From assembly GCF_964355755.1 (NCBI RefSeq), contig NC_092678.1:17873365-17937364 (forward strand): a stretch of 64,000 nt of DNA, written 5' to 3'. Positions within the stretch are counted from its first letter, which is position 1. Each line of letters opens with the position of its first letter. Source of the DNA: Antedon mediterranea (Eukaryota; Animalia; Echinodermata). This document shows, piece by piece, positions 1-13,600 of this stretch. Both the position numbers and the translations under genes were made by a program. The notes below the pieces were generated by a model. The model worked only from the letters and a program-made list of their open reading frames with translations, made no database searches and was not told the origin of the DNA.

Positions 1-1630
1 AACGTATCACACATTAAACATACATATTCCGTAGAAGTATTAATTCCTAAAATAAAATAATTGTTTTTTGAGGCATAGAGTTAAACTTACGTTTTCATGA
101 GAGGAGGATAAGATAATATTTGTTCCTCGTGCAAAATAAGCTTATTACAACACTATTGCAGATTATAACGTGAATCGGCGGCGATTGTACGGAGGCATGT
201 CTATTTTTGTTTTCGTATCTAATTTTGGCTTTCAAAAATGGCAGCCCAAAGCAATCGCGACCCCTGGATCCGACCCGTCGGACTATTTTGATATACAATG
301 ATGGAGGTTCAGACGTTCTGTGGTACATTTAAATTGTATTATTTGTATTTCCTCTTAACTTAATCTTAATTTCAAATAGAATAACATCAATAAAGTAATA
401 TTGTTTACTTAGAAGTGTGCCAGTTATTCAGCACTGAAGAAAACAAAATCAGAAAACATTTAAACACATGCGACCACGTTTTTTTAAACAGTATTAAGGC
501 TAAGTGTGTTAATTATTGAGATGTAAAGCACATAGGCTGATTTTAGCATGAGTAAGTGCAGATATGGAGGGAGGAGAAATATAAAGTGTAGACACAGATA
601 TCACCTCACACGCAAGCTATTACTGACCCAGTGTGAAGGCCGAAATCAAGAGATTAGTTGTTTGACGGGATGGGATGTTCCTGCTCCCCAATTATTGTGA
701 TCCCTTTATTTATAGAACTTGAAAAGCAGAAAAAAGAGGAGAATGTGTATGTTTGTTTGTTGCAAGATGCCTATAACGCTGGTTCAAATTTTAACTTAAG
801 TTTATCTTACGAACGGATAACGCTAATATTGTACGTACCACCACATTAGGTAACCGATGCGCCCCCATTATGACACGTGCGAATAAAGAACAAGTGCTAT
901 TCCACTGTACGGAGGGATAGCTACCCGATGCCTCTCATAATAATATTATTTTTCATTCAAAAACATTTACTAATAATGATAATAATAAATTACTATAAAA
1001 CAAACGAATACAAGTAGGCATATCACTACACACAATACAACTACATACAGGAGCTTGTGTTAAAAGAAAGGTTTAGGGATCAATCATAATCAAACAAAAA
1101 CGGGCATATTATATTATTTTTGTTTTGGATGAATATTCTGTCTTTGCAAAGAGTAAAAAATGAAATGATGTGACATAAAGTGTGGTAATCTTACAACGAA
1201 AATATACTATATTCAAAAGTATGATAAACAAGGGAAAGCACTCACAGTTGTGTCAATGATGTCAAACCATCAAAGACGTTTTCTGGTAATGTAGTTATTT
1301 GGTTAGTGAACAAGTACCTGAAAATCGTGAAAAAATGCATTAAATAGGTATATATACAGTACCAAAGGATAGTACGATAACAAAAATTATTTTTAAAATT
1401 TCGAAAAACAAACAAAATATAACAACACATCTATATTGTGCCAACAGAGGCCATAAACGGCTTATGTCTAATTAGGCGTGTCACTCCAGCAGTGAAACCA
1501 TTACAGGGTATATACAAGGACATAATAATAGTTGTTTAATGTTACTTTAGCTCGTATTATCATTAGTTGCATGTTTTAGCTGTTTTTCTTTAACTGCTTT
1601 TACATGATTTAACTATGTTTTATCTGGATT
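1..1630. repeat. LRR exon+intron duplication unit A
   Basis: 1-1055 matches 15310-16445 and in part 19060-19815; 1047-1630 matches 18272-18830; 1345-1630 matches 14805-15090. Confidence 0.9.
1246..1317 (-). CDS. 72-bp LRR exon, type A (YLFTNQITTLPENVFDGLTSLTQL)
   Basis: cag|G...CT|gtgagt; forms the end of ORF-track entry 1242..1430. Confidence 0.88.
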
Positions 1631-4600
1631 TACAACAACCAAGACAGAGGCACCCCAAAGATAATGCTGGCCAGGAAAAGGTATACAAAACAATTCTAAG
1701 TCTAAACAACTTTAAGAAACCTCATTATTTCCATATGCCTTAATGAATAAATGGGTTTTTAATAATTTTTAAAAAGTATCAATAGTTTTTCAAAATCTTA
1801 TAGAGCTCGGTAGAGCATTCCACAGACGAGGAGCAGTAACGGAGAATGCTCTGTCACCCCATGAGTGGTGAGACTTAGGCTGATGTAGAAGCAGCGAGTC
1901 ACTAGAACGCAGATTACGTCCGGGAACATACAACCTAAGCATGTCAGAAATATATTCAGGAGCCATGCCATTTATAGACTTAAAAACAAAGAGTAATATT
2001 TTAAAAACAATGCGGTACCTAACAGGGAGCCAATGCAAAATTTCCAAAGTATTTGATATGTGTCCATATCTTGGTAATTTTTTAACAACTCGTGCCGCTG
2101 TATTTTGAATCAGTTGGAGCCTGTGGAGTTGTTTTTGTGGTAGCCCGTATAGCAAAGAGTTTCCCATATCCAGTCGTGAAGTGACAAAAGCATGAACAAG
2201 TTGTTTAGCTGCTGTCTCATTTATAAACTTGCGAATCCTTCGAATGTTTCGCAAGTGAAAAGACGACGCAGAAATAGTTTTTGAGATATGAGAAATCATA
2301 GTCATACCCACATCCATTTCAACCCCAAGATTTCTAACCTGCCTAGCCGGGTCAATTTGGGTTTCACCAATGTGAATAAAGCTTGGTGGCAGTTTTTCCA
2401 ACTGCTGTTTTGATCCAAAGAGAACAAATTCTGTTTTTTCATCATTTAATTTAAGAAAGTTGTTTTTCATCCAGAAAGATAGATACAATGTTGGAGCAAT
2501 TCTTTCAGCTTGCATGTCTATCTTTCAAAGCTCTACATCACTCTGCTCCTCTTACTATCTGTCAGCTTTTAACTAAAGTAACTTCCAACGGCCGTATGAA
2601 CACTAGGCAAATTACTAAAGGAGATCTCCTTATCCCTCGTCCTTACCTTGAAATCTTTAAACTTTCTTTTAGTTTCAATGCTCCTTCTTTCTTTAATTCT
2701 TTATCTTTAAGCATTCGTAACACTTACAATTTCTCCTCCTTTAAATCTCTTTTGAAAAAACACCTGTTTCTCTCTCTCTGATTTTATTTCTTTTTTTCCT
2801 TCTTTCATTGTTGGCTTTCTGTATATTTTTTTATATATATATATATTTATTTTTTATATCTTTGTTAATTTTGTGTTTTTATAGTTCATTTTGTATTTAC
2901 TGTTTGTTTGAGGGTCCCTAATGATCAGCTGATGCTGGATGGACCACCCTCATAAAATATTGTTGAAATAAATAAATAAAATAAATTCCAAAGAAATGTC
3001 ACTGTGTTTCATAGTAGGTTTAAAAGAAATATAAATCTTGAGTATCATCAGCATAAACATGATAGCACAGATCATATTTACTTATGATATCCCGTATCGG
3101 GTGTAAATAAATAGTAAACCATTGCGGCCCATGAACAGATCCTTGTGGTACCGAAAAGTTTAGAAAAGAAGCTTTTGAAATAGCATCACCAATACATACG
3201 TGTTGTGGTCGTTTTTCCGAATATGACCGACACCAATCAAGTGCATTTCCTTCAATACCAATATAAGTACTGAGTCTATTTAGCAACACAGAATGATCAA
3301 CCGTATCAAATGCTGCACTTAAATATAATAATACTAGATCAGTTAGCTTTCCATCATCCATCCCACGTAGGATGTCATTATTTACACGAAGTAATGCCGT
3401 TTCAGTACTGTGATGCGCTTTGTAGGCAGATTGATACGGATCAAGTAGCCCATGTTTTTGTACATGCGACAAAATTCGTTTAGAAACAACCTTCTCAATA
3501 ATTTTTCCTAAAAACTAAGATTCGAGATAGGTCTGTAGTTTTTCAGAATCTCGGGATCTAGACCTGTTTTTTTCAATGTGGGTCGAACATGGGTGACTTT
3601 TAGAGACTCTGGGAAAGAACCACTTTCAAGAGACTTATTAACAATATGTGTGATTAATGGAATAAATGCAGAAGTACATTTCTTAATCAGTAAAGTTGGT
3701 ACCGGGTCAAGTGCACACAATTAAAAGGGAGAGTTTTTGACTATTTTTATAATTTCCTCATCACTTGCAGGTTCGAACTGAGAAAACCGTATAGACCTAG
3801 TTAAACCATAAGATATATTACATTTATCAGAAGAAGTTATAACTTCGGCAGTATTTTCATTTTCTAGTGAATCACGAATTGATTTAATTTTATTTACAAA
3901 AAACACAGAAAATCTTTCAGCAAGAGCTTCATCGGAGACAGACGAAGGAAGGACCGATGACTTGGAGTGATGTAAAAGTTTATTTACTATATTGAAAAGT
4001 TTCTTTTGATCACCTGTGCAGTCACTAACCAGACTAGAGTAATACCGCATCTTGGCCTTTTCAATCAGTCCATTTACAACGCATCTTTGAACACAGTATT
4101 CCTGTCTATCCTTAAGAAGCTTTGATTTCATCCATTTACGTTCAAGTTGACGACGTACTTTCCTTTCAGATCGAATTTCATCGGTATACCACGGTTTAGC
4201 TTCCTTTTGCTTAATTGTTTTGTTCTGAACTGGCGCATGTAAATCAAGTACAGCTCTGATATCAGAATAGCTTTCTACACTGTCTTCAAGAATTACACTT
4301 ACATCGGTTATATTAGACACACAGGCTTTAATGTCATTTGTGAATTTCTCAATATCAATTTGTTTTAGGTTGCGACTTTTTCTTACAGTTTTGTGTGTTG
4401 TGGGCCGTTTAAGATCAAACTTGCAAAACATGGCAAAATGATCTGACAGGCCAGGGTGTATCTTTACATCCGAGAGCAGTAGATCATCTCTAGTGATGAT
4501 AAGGTCGAGGCAGTGCCCACTACAGTGTGTGGGTTCACTTATATGCTGCTGGAGACCAAACGATCTAAGCAGTGTTTTAAATCTATCCGCTGCCACATTT

Positions 4601-7600
4601 TTTTTTATTATCCATATGGATATTAAAGTCTCCGCAGAAAACAATTTCAGACGAAAAGAGAATAAAGTCAAACAACATTTTTTCAAAATCATTTAGGAAC
4701 TCTGTAACAGACAAGGTTGGTGGTCGATATATGTTAACTAAACGAAGAGATTTCGAGTTAGACGTAATATGCACATGTATAGCCTCAAATGATGCATATG
4801 TATGTACATCCATTTTCAAGTTAACAACTAAGCTTGACTTAGACAGAATTCCAACACCACCCCCAGTTTTGTCCACCCTAGGGACATGCACAAAGCGATA
4901 TCCTAGTGGAGTTAAATCTCCAATCACAAGATCATCGTCTGGTCCACAACTTCATCACACTTGCGTGCATTTAGAAATTAAGATGTGCTTTTTCTTTAGA
5001 CCTATGCTTTTCTGTGGATTTAGTACTCGTCTCACCATTTCCAGATACTTGCTCCACTCCTTTTCTTGAGGCTTTGCTTTGCGTTGCGTGGATCGAGCAT
5101 TAAGTACACATAATTTTAATTTAGAAAAATGAGTACTTATGGCACTGTGTCCTTTTGCAGTCGGCGGACTGTGTCCAGGTACTGGCTCCACTCTTGGTGT
5201 ATTTGGTCTCTGTAGGGTTTTATTTGTAGAAATACCGCTGCGAAGATCGTACATCCTATATATCCTCGAGTACGATGATATTGACTGAGTCATTTTCGCG
5301 TCCCTGTCATATGAAATTAATTTTCGTGTGGCAACACTCGCGTTTGGCGATAAATAAACAAAAGTCATCTACTGAGACTTGAACTCGCGATGATTAGTCC
5401 ACACTATCACGAGACAACGTTTAACCCGCTAGCGCCACGCAACTTGCTTAAAGAAATTAATCAACTACACTATTTAAACTATGCATACATAACGCCCTAA
5501 TTTATTATTAGCCCTCTCTAGACGTGATGAAAGACCGTTTGTGATTGGTCAATACTCACGGTAGTAACCTGGTACGCGCGGCGCGCTGAACATCTGGTGA
5601 TTCGGCTCGAAGAAGACGAATTATTATTTATTCGGCCTAACTGATAATAATAATATTATTATTATTAATGTAGATTTATTGTTGGAAATTCTTCTGTTAA
5701 TTTAAACGACCTAGGCCTAAGTGAATATTTTATTGCCAAGGAATCATTAATTAGTAATTATCTGTATATTGCTCTTCGCAAGGTAACTAGGCAGGCTTAT
5801 TACATACATGTGGTCTAGCTACTCCCGACCCAGTAGATATTCTACTTGTTGTTGGCTATATAATATAACAGATATCGCCTTTTATATCGGCAAAATATAA
5901 GATTTGACATTCCCTCGGGAATGATATTTTGTTCGAGGGAATATATTCCCGAGGGGATGTCATTCCCGAGGGATGTTAAATCTGTTATTTTTAACTAACC
6001 AGGCGAATATCTGTATTATATATTATGTCGTTAGACACATGTGGCCAAGGATTACCAATAGTAAAATGAATCACTGTCCTATCAGATAGGTGGTGATTCC
6101 ACTAATACAGGGGCTATTTTGTGAACCAGTTCACCGGGATAACTCCATACTCGTCTCGAATGATGAACTGGATTCTTTAAAGTACACACGGGTTATAACT
6201 ATGTACACTGGACCTACGGTTTGTAGTACTTATCCGAGAAGACTTGTTCAACCACCAGAACTAGGAGCGAGTCGGCCTCGAACCATTGTTGATATTGTTG
6301 GCTCTTTCGTCATGGTAAACAGCTCCTCTGCATTAACCGCTCGGTCATTTGAATATGGGCCAATAGGTCCAACAAAATTTTATTTAACTACAACATCCTT
6401 GCTACAAACAATCTCGTTGTACATGTTAATCATAGAATAATGGTTTACACTTTTATTCGTGGTTCTTCTTCTGTTCTTCGCAATCAAGAACATGTGACGT
6501 ATTTCAATTAAAACATAATGGTGACGACTTACGATCGACATTTTTCCGACGAACTGTCATACTTCGTAGTCTTGAATAGTTAAACGTCATAATGTCTGAA
6601 AACACATCGGTACCGGCTTTGACAAAATCTTCAAGCTATGTCTACACTTTCAAACTTTGTATGAAGAAAATGTGATGTGCCCATATTGATGTCATATCAG
6701 TAGCATAATTTGGTCGTCAAACTAGTTTGATAGTGTAGACAGAGCTATATAAATAGCTAATAACAAGTGACGGTGTATCAAGAAAATAAACGTATACAAG
6801 CAGAAAAAAAAATTCCAAAAATGTTAGTAACCTTAAGCATACTATTCTCTCCCCTCCGAAGAAATGTATACTCAATAGTTATTTTGAATATTCTACATGT
6901 TGACTTACATAATAAACTGTACGCACTTCCTCCTGAACTGATATCTACCAAATACATCTAAACATTTTACTGTGAACTTTCACACATTTGTGCTTATAAT
7001 CATCTGGTTCGGTTTTATCAAAGATATGCTGTGAACATTCTAACAAATCTCGCCCTTTCTCCAAGTATTCTTTAATGTTAATTTTACTTTCACACAAAAT
7101 CGATTATAAAAGGCAACCGATGAACATTACTGTTTAGAGAACACTAAAAACTGCGGCGTTTCTCGATCATCTAGTCCGAGGTGTGTAAAGTTAGAATACA
7201 CTGCTTCGGGAATACGCTACCTTAATCCACGTTAGGGAAATTGAGCACTGTCTGTAAGACTTTGTTAAGCAGAAAGGTATATCGAATGAAAACTAAAAGA
7301 AAAGTTAGGAGCTGTGACTAACCATCGATTTCAGCCAAACAAAAACATGGAACATACTCTATCGACTAAATACGGACCAAATCATGACCCATCAAGATCA
7401 TATGTATAACTTGACTGCTGATAAATGACGATCGTAAGCTCTTTACACTCCACCACTGTAAGGAGCTCGAAAGCAGAGATGAATAAATGAAATGAATAAC
7501 TTTCACTACTATATCCTAATTGATAATGAAATAAACATGAACTATATTAAAAACATTAAAATTGTTAACTGAAAGTACATGATGAACAAACACTATTTAG

Positions 7601-10600
7601 TTTAAGAACATCTGTAATATAAAGAAATTGAAACTACTTAATTTGTATTTTGTACATTACTTTATTGCATTGTCAATACCAACGTAATGAAATATCAGAA
7701 TAGAGGCCTACAGCACCGAATATTTATGATAACGTGATCAAATGATTATTTGAATAGACACCACACCTATGAAATTGAATACAAACATTCTGTAGTAAAA
7801 ATTAAGCTGGTTTCTTGTGGTAGCGTCAGCAAGCATTATTGACGTGAGTAGTGTACTCCATATTATTGTTATGATGTATTGTAATTTGTCAGGATATATT
7901 TTAAGTAAACAAAGCTAAATCAAATAAACTGGACTTAGTTTTCCCTTAGTAAATTGACACTTTATACTGCCTTAGTAGGTTACAATGAACCTAAGAATCA
8001 GGCAAACCTTCAAATATCATATCTTATATCAATCATGTCTAATTTCATAATTAATATATGATTGCAGTCTTGACATTTTTTGGAAGCATAAAATTATAAA
8101 TTACACTTACAGTTTTTGCAAAGATGTTAAACCACCGAATACATTTGCAGGCAATGATTGTAAGTTGTTTTCGTATAAATACCTTCAACAACAAAAAGAA
8201 ACAACAGTTAGTAATTAAACATTCACGAGCTGTTTCGAAGGATGTCGTCTTTGTTTTTGAACAAAAAAGTTAATTAAAATATGTTGGCCGTATAGAATAG
8301 GTGTCTGTGGAAATTAAGATAAGGCTGATAACGTTACGAACGTTTGGTTATTACACAAATGAAAATGTAAATAAAGTGCATGGTCGAATAGTTTTAGGGT
8401 TCTAAGATGGAGAAATAGACATCAAACTCGTCTGCTGTCATTCGTCTAAAAGTCAATATAAACGGTCAGGCCGTTATTATAAATGAGAAAACACGTAGTA
8501 AAAGTGTAGTAGTATACATAAACTTAATTTAAACTTTTCATAAAATGTCGATTGATGTTACGTATGAAGTGATATCCGGGAACATTGCGTCAAGTTTATC
8601 GAACAATTTGGTACGAACTTTCAAAACCGCTTTACCATGCCATTAAGTAATTGTTCATATAAAGAATCGAGTCAAATGGCCGAGCGGTTAAGGCACGGGC
8701 GCCGTTTACCGTACCTAAAGAGCCAACAACATCGACAAGGGTTCGAGGCCGACTCGCTCCTAGTTCTGGTGGTGGAACAAGTCTTCTCGGATAAGGACTA
8801 TAAACCGTAGGTCCAGTGTACACAGTTATAACCTGTGTGCACTTTAAAGAACCCAGTTCATTATTCGAAAAGAGTAGGGGGTTACCCCGGTGAACTGGTT
8901 CACAAAATAGCCCTGTATCAGGGGGATTACCACCTATCTGATAGGACAGTGATTAATTCAATATTGGTAATCCTTGGCCACATTGCCCAAAGACATAAAA
9001 TAAAAATAAAATAAATAAATAAAATATCAATGTAAACGATTCTATGTGGTTTATGTTCTAAAAAAAACTGCTATTGTTAGCCATATCCATTGAAAAAAAG
9101 AACCTATTATACTTTTACGGACCATTTTCGCTGAACACGTCGTAGATGTTGGTACTTAGCGTTAGTTAGTTTTAAGTTGGACAAAAGCAGTTTATTAACT
9201 TTAAAAGGAGCATCCCAACCATTGCCTGGTCGGCTATCTGTGACTAAACGTCCTAAATGGAAGATACTAAAGCATTTTTTAAAACTAGAACACAATACTA
9301 CTGTTGTAAGGTCTATGGCCCACAAGAGATTTGATGTTACTGTAATGATCAACAACTGTAACATTAACATTGGTCAAATCAAGTAAACATGTTCCTACCA
9401 AGAATAACCTGTAATACAAAAAAAGTAAACATAATAATACAATTTTAATATAAATGTTATTGACAAAAAGAGAGATAGACGTTTCGGTACCATCATAGAA
9501 CCATTTTCAAGATCAAGTGAATTCAAATCAATAATAATTATGTGCACTAAGCACCAAAGTTGGTGACATGAAATGCTACTGAGGGATTGAAATTATATAG
9601 TAAACGTCTTTTTATTCCTAGTAATACAACTTAAAACTATCATTTTAATTATTTTGCAAAAAAACAAAAAAACACCAACATATTTTATGTTTTATCCGCT
9701 TTGATTAAGAATAAATTGAATAATTTGTTATTGTTCAGAGTCATACCACAAGGCTTCAATTAAAAAAACATACTTTAACGTACTAATGTTATAGGATCTA
9801 GTATGCCAACAAATTACACCAGGTATGTATGCAACATTTTACTCCAGAAGATGTAAAAATACTCAAGAATAAACTAGCTAAGTGTGAAACTGATGGGGGT
9901 GACAGTGTCGTATTAAAACGTCGTCAAAAAGTCGAGAATAATATGACCGATATCTTATCATTTCTTATTAACAATAATGTTGAATTAAAGAATTCCGACA
10001 TTTGCTGCTGTGAACTTATCTAAAATTGCAACTGTTCATATTGGGGCTGTAGATACTGCCTCGTTATATCGTGAGATAAACAAGATACCATTTGATTTGC
10101 AGCTTGTAAAAGGAGATGTTGAGCATGGTTTTACTGAAAGACAACACATCAAGAATAAGCTGAATGAGTGTTATTGAACAGTCAAAACTTCATTGAACTG
10201 CAATAATGCTAGCAACGCCAAGTATTTTCCTAATGCTGTTTAAGTGATGCTTCTCGTCAAGGTACGTATAAGCAAAGGCCACAAAAAAGCAGACACATGC
10301 CTTCTTTGTGTCTATACCTTGGACATATGTCCGTTGATACCACCGTGGATGGAAATCAATGCAAAAGTGAGTGCTTTGACTGTTAACACTTTGACTGCCA
10401 GAGGTTTTTCCAGTTAGAAACTGCCACCGCCAGCGTTTATAGCCCAATTCAATGTTTTTATTAAAGCTGATTGAAACTATGTATGTGATCTGATTTCCAT
10501 GTAATTTAGACTAAAATAATCATAAAGATTTTAGCTTTACAATGGTACCAAGAACGATTTTCAAATCGCTATATGTAAATCGGAATAGTAAAATGAAAGT

Positions 10601-13600
10601 AACTCACTTTTTGAGTTTTTCGTAGTTTCGCGCAAGAAAGTCGAGATATTCGCGATTTTGTGCAAGACATCACAATATGAAAATATCGCCCGGGGAGATA
10701 AACAAACAACGAAAAAGTTACTTACACGGCACCGGTAGGCCTATAAAAACAAGTTATCACTATCGAAAAATGTATTACATTTCATAAATCATAAATCTTA
10801 CATCAATGTTTCGCCAAAATCCACATAGTAAAGACACCAGGCCTAGTGTAGTAAACTAGGCCTAAAGTTGGTCCGGAACCGTTTTACGACTAGGCCTAGG
10901 CTATAGGCCTAGCCTAGTACTACTAGGCCTAGCCTAGCTAGTAAACTGATGATAATATTTATACCATTTCTAAACAAGTTTGTTGCGTGAAACTCGGCCA
11001 CTTACAGTGAAACACCAAAACAATTAGGGTATAGGCCTACATACAATAATAAAATTAAAGACTTCATATTGAAAATTCATCCATTATTTTTTATTCAGAT
11101 AACAAACAAACATGCCAATCCACATAAACCTTTGTAATGCTTCGGCGGCATAGCTAGCGCGCGACCGATACACAATGCGCCAAACCATCGCTGTACGCGC
11201 TACTGTGATGCGCGGTGTATGTTATTTCGACAGGTACCATTTTGACAATCGTTCGTAACCAGATTAGTTACTTTAAAAAAGTAAATTATTCACGGTCCAG
11301 ACCGAATATAGTGTGCATATTTATAGTATATACCAATAATTAACCTATCTACCGGATTTCGTAAAAAAATGCGAAAAACGAAGATCTTCGTGTTTGGCAG
11401 TCAAGCGTTGTGTTTCCAAAAACGAAGATCTTCGTGTTTGGCAGTCAAAGTGTTAAAAGTGATGAATATGTTTCTTTATTGTTGAGCTGTGATGCTAAAT
11501 ATAAAGAGAATATACTTGGTCCGTCACTCTGGCCTGCTAATGCCATCATTCGTAAATATTATGAGCCTAGAATTGGTTTGATAGATAATCAATATGACTC
11601 CAGCTTTAACCATACTGGTTAGTCATGGCTGTACATCAAACTTGTGATGTCCGAGTAGTTTCATATAACTGTAAGAAATTAAAGTCTAGACAGAAAAAGA
11701 TTATTGACTTATGCGAGACGTATGATGTTATTTGTTTCCAAGATGAGCTTCACCTCTTGAAAACGCTGTATATTGATTTTGACTGTTATGGCACGTCGTC
11801 TATTGATACCTCCGCATCTCTGGAGGTGTAGCTACATTGTTTAGAAAGAGTTTATATAGTTCTGTTAGGCACATTAATCTAGCTGACAATAGCTTGTTGC
11901 CATTGAGCTAGGTGTAGATAACAATAAAACATTGCTTGTCAGTGTATACTTAACGTATGACTGCAACGAAAATTGTGTAAATTTGAAGATATGATTGAGA
12001 AGTATGATAACTGTAAAATAGTGCTTTTAGGAGATTTAATTAATTTCTGTACAGAATGAAATCTACATTTGTCTGACTGTGAGAATCGGGGTTCACGTCT
12101 GACACGTTTACCTTCTATAGCACATAACATAACCAGTCGGTTGGACCATTTAGTTTCCACTCTGAGTTCTCATTATTGTTTAAGTAATTTTAATTGTAGT
12201 TTTGCGTCAGGGAGTTGAGTGATTAGATGTTTTGCCCTACTCTGAAGTAATTTGTACTTTATACTAAGTACATTTGAGAATACTTGCGAAAAATTTCGCA
12301 AGTAGTTCTCGGGTGGGACTCGAACCCACGACCTCCAGATCACTAGCCTGGCGTTCATACCTCTAGACCACTGAGCTTGCGCTGATGGCTAGTGGTTAGA
12401 TTCGAGCTCAAGTAAGCAGCGGGTACTGCACCAACAGGATTGTAATTGTAGTTGTAGCTATTGTAATTTTAGCTACATGATTTCATAGGGTCTGATCATT
12501 TTCCTATTGCATTTTGTATTAATGATGTTTTATGGGATAAGCCTATAACCCATGATTCAAGATAACGACAGACATAACATTGCAACTATTGTTAACTGGA
12601 AGTCCGTTAGTAAACATGATATTGATAAGTACACTTATACCACATGTATTACTTAATAGTCTTTTAATTAAGTCCTAAGCTTTCAATTGACATAGTTGCT
12701 TTCTGGACGCACCAAAAGCATTCGATCGAGTCAAATCTTATTTAAAGTTTTAGTTGAAAGAGGTGTGCCTATCTTTGTAGTTATGATCTTACGACTGGTA
12801 TGATAATCAAGAATGTGTAGTTAGATGGGGACATTGTGTCCCTTCACCTTTTTTCTGTTATTAACGGTGTGCGACAAGGGTGTGTAATGTCTCCACTGCT
12901 TTACAATGTAGCCTATTATATTGACGATCTTTATGTACAACTTAGAGAGTCCAATCATGGGTGTACTATTGGTGATAACAAAGTTAATTGTCTTGGTTAC
13001 GCTGATGACATGCTTCTCATGGCTCCTTTTTCTATTGGAGTACTGAATCTCATTAATGTTTTTGAACTTTATGCTACGAATCGAGATATTGTGTACGGTA
13101 CTATACAATCCAAGTGTATGTTTTTATGTGCTTGTGTACGTAAGTTACAAGGTTGACCTAGTGTTAAGCTAAACCAAACTGACCTTGAATTTGTTGACTG
13201 TATAACATACTTGGGTCATGTGATTTGTAACTCTCTGAATGATGATAATGATATTAAGAAACAGTATCGAGCTCTGTGTATCAAAGCTAATGCATTATGC
13301 AGGACATTCTCCAAATGTTCCGTTGAAGTTAAATGTCAGTTATTTAAAATGTTTTGCGTTAATGTAAGCCAATACTGTATGACTCTATGGAGTAAATTCC
13401 GTGAAGGTACTGTAAACTAATTCAGAGTTTTCTTTAATAACGGGTTGCGTAAGCTACTGATAATTTTTAGTTATAGCATGATGTTTTTAACGAATAACGA
13501 TCCCTCATTCTATAATTTGATGGAACGCTATACATTATAGTTTTAAGAGCATAATTCATGACAGTTGCAATAGCCTGATTCAAACCATAGTTAACGTCAT

